A stretch of 64,000 bases of DNA from Candidatus Sulfotelmatomonas gaucii. Lineage in GTDB: Bacteria > Acidobacteriota > Terriglobia > Terriglobales > Acidobacteriaceae. The first letter of the stretch is position 1. Every line of letters starts with the position of its first letter. Positions 60,522 through 64,000 of the stretch are shown here, one piece after another. Both the position numbers and the translations under genes were made by a program. Location of the stretch: assembly GCA_900290245.1 (NCBI GenBank), contig OKRB01000108.1, positions 47,541 through 111,540 of the forward strand, in the 5' to 3' direction. The notes under the pieces were generated by a model. The model saw only the letters and a program-made list of their open reading frames with translations. It made no database searches and was not told the DNA's origin.

Positions 60522-60604
60522 ACTTACCTGTTTGCGAAGCCCAGGCGGGTGGCTGGATCGGTGAGCGGGCCACCTGGCGCGCAAACGTCGCCCCGCCCAC
60601 CCCA

Positions 60605-60813
60605 TCCCGGAGGAATGGATGGAAATTAGCCCAGGGTGAAACCCTGGGATACGAGCCCACTATTTTTCGAGAAATAAAGCACGCGGCGAAGCCGCGTCTA
60701 ACCCCGGGGCGCTCCACCCTCCAGACGTTTTTGTTTTTGCCGCCAAGGCAGGATCGTCTGGAGGTCGTCACTCCTCACCCTGTCACTTCCGGATGTTTGC
60801 CGGAGAGCAACTG
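60605..60813. repeat. ~210-bp direct repeat, copy 1 (family D REP hairpins)
   Basis: 46 bp (60615-60660) identical to 61708-61753; hairpins cccagggt-gaa-accctggg and cgcggc-gaa-gccgcg. Confidence 0.85.
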
Positions 60814-60935
60814 AAGAGTAGACGACAATCCGTCCGCGGCTTCAGGGTACTGACCTGCCACCGAGTTTGGCGAGTTATCATCTAAGATGGCCGCGACCGG
60901 CTCTTCATTTCGAGGCCCCTCGGGGTGGCAATGCC

Positions 60936-61604
60936 TTGAAAACTCCTGCTTCGCTTTTCGCCATTCTTCTCGTTGTGCCAGCATCCTGCGCAGCGCAGAT
61001 TCCGCTCATAAGCGTTTCTCAACTCGACCTGCGAAACGCACAAGCGGAAGTGACTACCTATCATGGACAGTCGGCGCTCGAGCTCACCGAAACAAGCCAA
61101 GGCTCCGCTCAGGCGCTCGCAATCCTTAAGAACCGTACCTTCCATGATGGCGTTATCGCGCTGGACGTAGCCGGCGCCCCATCGAAATCCGCCTTCGAAG
61201 GTGCGCGCGGCTTCATCGGAATCGCATTTCACGTGAGTGCCGATGCCTCGCACTACGAATGCATCTACATCCGGCCCACCAACGGGCGTGCTGACGACCA
61301 GCTTCGGCGTAATCACTCGACACAATATATATCTGCTCCTGATTGGCCCTGGGACCGGCTGCGCAAGGAGACCCCGGGAGTGTACGAATCCTACGCCGAC
61401 ATGGTCGCGGGCGAGTGGACGCACCTCCGCATCGTGATCCACGGAACCAATGCGGCTCTGTATGTGGGAAATGCCGAGCAGCCCTGCCTGCTGGTCCACG
61501 ATCTCAAGCTCGGAGACTCGCAAGGCGCAATCGCCCTATGGATAGGGCCAGGGACCGAGGGCTATTTCCGCAATCTCAGCGTTGAAGATCAGGGCCGGAA
61601 TTAG
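60936..61604 (+). CDS. Secreted ConA-like/DUF1080-type beta-sandwich protein
   Basis: Signal peptide; GFIGIAFHV, YECIYIRPTN, GEWTHLRIVI, GAIALWIG, YFRNL. Confidence 0.65.
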   Translation: MKTPASLFAILLVVPASCAAQIPLISVSQLDLRNAQAEVTTYHGQSALELTETSQGSAQALAILKNRTFHDGVIALDVAGAPSKSAFEGARGFIGIAFHVSADASHYECIYIRPTNGRADDQLRRNHSTQYISAPDWPWDRLRKETPGVYESYADMVAGEWTHLRIVIHGTNAALYVGNAEQPCLLVHDLKLGDSQGAIALWIGPGTEGYFRNLSVEDQGRN

Positions 61605-61697
61605 TTCGAGGCTTCCGCGCGCGCGTTGACGACAAACCTGCGCACCTTCTTCGCATACCGCTCAGGGTAGCTGTAGCGCTCGGTTCCGCGCGCACCG

Positions 61698-61908
61698 TCC
61701 CGGAGGGATGGATGGAAATTAGCCCAGGGTGAAACCCTGGGATACGAGCCCACCATTTTCCCGAAAAACAAGGCACGCGGCGAAGCCGCGCATAACCCCA
61801 GGGTGCTCCACCCTCCTGACGTTTTTGTTTTTGCTGCCAAAGCACGATCGTCTGGAAGCCGCCACAGCCCAATCCTGTGACCTCCGGATGCTTTCTGGTT
61901 TGCAACTG
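61698..61908. repeat. ~210-bp direct repeat, copy 2
   Basis: Colinear with 60605-60813 through gcaactg. Confidence 0.85.
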
Positions 61909-62004
61909 GGGGGAGGTGACAACTCGACCGGAATCCAGAAGTGGAATCTGAGGGTTCCGCATCGCGGTGGCTGTTACGGCTTTTGCATCCGCCAACCCCG
62001 GTCG

Positions 62005-64000
62005 CTACGATCGCTGCTCCTGTTCCGCTGTGATCGCGAAAAGAGCAAGCCAATTCCGCGTATCCACAACCTTACACCGCATTGACGCGATCATTTCTGC
62101 TTTAATCTGCGGCGTGGAGTAGAGCAGGATCTGATACTGCTCGCGAGCAACATCCTTGATGTACTCGATTGCCGCCTGAGCCTCCGCAGCAACGGGCAGA
62201 ATGCGCGTGCCATCGTGAATCATATTGCCCTGGACCACTTCGAACCCCCAGCGCAACGGGATCTCCGTCACCTTGCCGCTGCTGCAGCGCCGCTCAAACG
62301 TCGCGGCAACTTCACCTGGTTTCCCGGCAATGGGATATCCCAGCGGCAGTGAAATGTTTCCCAAAACATGGAGCCGCGTGCAGCGCTGCCGGATGGGAAT
62401 CTCCAGTTCGAAGTCGCTGCCGCAGACGAGCGGCCGAACGTGTCCGTTCAGGAGCGCCGGACGGAACTGGACACCCGCCAACAGAATCTCGTCTTCTGAG
62501 TCTTGGCGCCACAACTCGAATTTCGATCCCGAGCGCTCCCACTGATCCCCAGCGCGTACCGCAGGCCAGTATTTTTCCATCGCCGCTTCAAAAGCCTTCC
62601 ACGCTCCAGTGTTTGCAGCGAGTACTTCGTCAAGCGGAATCGGCAAGAATTCGCTGCGCGTCGCCCACGGAATCCTCCGCAGCGGAAGAATGGCCGGCCT
62701 CGGCTCGACCGTCGCAAACTGCGCGCGCCCTTCAAACAGCCGTTTCAACTCCATGTACGCCTCAGGCCTGGGCTCGCGCGACTCCGTCACCACGCCGGAC
62801 TCAAGAATGCCGTCGTGCATTTCGGGATCGACGCGTGTGTATTGCCTGAGGTCCTGCCACGACCAAAATGACGTCCCGGAGATCTTACCTTCCTGCTCCA
62901 GCCTCAAAATCATGTTCACGGTCTCCTGCATTTCGGCCAGTCCCTGCCCAATCGCCTTGCCGCCCCACTCTGTGAACGTCAGCGGCTTGCCTGAACTGTA
63001 GAAGTCCGCTTCTTTTTCGAAATCCTCCACCTGAAACGTGTAAAGGTGCCTGTCAAAGAAGTCCATCCCTGCCTCTTCATACATTGGCTTTGTGATCTCT
63101 GGCCTGCGATCGTTCGCGGCCGAGACTAACCGGCGGAGCGGATCGATCGCATTGCAGCGGCGTTTGCCTTCTTTAAGGAATTCCGTCGTAAGGGAGCATT
63201 CATTCGCGAGCAACCACGCCACCACGCTTGGGGAGTTCCAATCGCGCCGAATGGTGCGCTCCAGGGTTTCGTAACCAAGCTCAGTCTCGCCGCGCGACAA
63301 GGTGTGAAAGTCCTGTTGCCAGTATCCTGGTTCTTCGCTCACCATAAGGCCGATCTCATCGGCCAACTCCACAATGTGCCGGTCATGCGGATAGTGAACC
63401 AGGCGCACATAATTGCAGCCGAGATCCTTGATCATCCGCATGTCCTTGCGTTGTTGGGCGTGCGTCAACGTAAAGCCCTGGTCCTTCCACATGTCGTGGC
63501 GGCACACTCCGTGGAGAATGTAGCGTTTTCCATTCAAACGAAACTCGCGGCCCACGGCCTTCATCTCGCGAAATCCTGTGCGGCAGGCCCATGTGTCGAT
63601 GGCATCGCCCGACTTGAGCTGCACATCGAACCGATATAGCGCGGGAGTCGCCGGCGACCATAGCGCTGGATTGTCAACGTTAAAGTTGAAGGCTGCTGTC
63701 CCTTCGCTCGCCGGCAACTTCGCCGTCTGCGCCATATGCGCCGCTTCGAAATCGTTGTGGACAAGACGAAACGAGATCTCGGCGTTAGCCGTAGCGGCGC
63801 TTGAAATCATTACTTGCGCCGTGCATCGCGCCCGCTTGAAATCCTCGGTTAGCTCGTATTCCAGCCGAACATTCTCGATGAACGTCGCGGGGCGCAACTC
63901 AATATAGACATCGCGGATGATTCCGCTATAAGCTTCCCAGCCGGGACTCACGCCGAGCGCGATCTCGTCCGATCCCGAGCCGTCAGCAAACGGAACCAGG
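62005..64000 (-). CDS. GH2 glycoside hydrolase (beta-galactosidase/glucuronidase-like), 5' partial
   Basis: GIIRDVY, LWSPATPALY, GCNYVRLVHYPHD, WLLANE (acid/base), TFTEWG (nucleophile); frame open to the window edge. Confidence 0.9.
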   Translation of the reverse strand, partial: LVPFADGSGSDEIALGVSPGWEAYSGIIRDVYIELRPATFIENVRLEYELTEDFKRARCTAQVMISSAATANAEISFRLVHNDFEAAHMAQTAKLPASEGTAAFNFNVDNPALWSPATPALYRFDVQLKSGDAIDTWACRTGFREMKAVGREFRLNGKRYILHGVCRHDMWKDQGFTLTHAQQRKDMRMIKDLGCNYVRLVHYPHDRHIVELADEIGLMVSEEPGYWQQDFHTLSRGETELGYETLERTIRRDWNSPSVVAWLLANECSLTTEFLKEGKRRCNAIDPLRRLVSAANDRRPEITKPMYEEAGMDFFDRHLYTFQVEDFEKEADFYSSGKPLTFTEWGGKAIGQGLAEMQETVNMILRLEQEGKISGTSFWSWQDLRQYTRVDPEMHDGILESGVVTESREPRPEAYMELKRLFEGRAQFATVEPRPAILPLRRIPWATRSEFLPIPLDEVLAANTGAWKAFEAAMEKYWPAVRAGDQWERSGSKFELWRQDSEDEILLAGVQFRPALLNGHVRPLVCGSDFELEIPIRQRCTRLHVLGNISLPLGYPIAGKPGEVAATFERRCSSGKVTEIPLRWGFEVVQGNMIHDGTRILPVAAEAQAAIEYIKDVAREQYQILLYSTPQIKAEMIASMRCKVVDTRNWLALFAITAEQEQRS

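Larger units (their letters stand above)
59951..60564 (+). pseudogene. REP-associated tyrosine transposase (RAYT, Y1 HUH), disrupted
   Basis: HFITFSC, YVLMPEHIHLL (HUH), FWQDRYFD, YIHRNP, GLV...YRWSS. One extra base at ~60186 and a 43-bp insertion after NP. Confidence 0.88.

Noticed and set aside
60508-62053. Small ORFs 60508-60771, 61601-62053 and 61719-61922 as real genes
   Set aside because: Their shared text (RVSPWANFHP) is the translated REP hairpin; only the KHPEVTG frame shows synonymous bias, and it is reported as a possible relic.

Overview
GC-rich 64 kb chromosomal segment whose gene content (TIGR03435-type protein, YXWGXW proteins, FG-GAP/Ig proteins, TPR-CHAT) points to an Acidobacteriota genome (inference). 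Housekeeping blocks: a split dcw cluster (mraY-murD-ftsW-murG, a ~5.3 kb insert, murC, ftsQ-ftsA-ftsZ); a branched-chain amino acid operon (leuA-leuB-[Ivy-like lipoprotein]-leuC-leuD-ilvD-ilvB-ilvN-[PH-domain gene]-ilvC) with a divergent LysR; pheA, UbiA- and UbiD-family genes, plsY-gpsA, and glycoside hydrolases (GH92, six-hairpin GH, GH2). No rRNA, tRNA or CRISPR array was seen. Most interesting signals: (1) two tandem stand-alone cNMP/Crp sensor-domain genes without HTH, each preceded by a CRP-type box (one a perfect TGTGA-N6-TCACA), a candidate anti-CRP decoy circuit; (2) inverted heptamer arms at three ilv/leu gene junctions that fold on the mRNA strand, one masking the ilvN Shine-Dalgarno; (3) G3-rich 7-8 nt tandem tracts fitting the G-quadruplex motif directly after stop codons; (4) a disrupted REP-associated tyrosine transposase flanked by inverted REPs, with related REPs dispersed through the window, one in frame inside ubiD. 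Several single-base frameshifts may be assembly errors. All family assignments come from motif recognition by eye; no database search was run.
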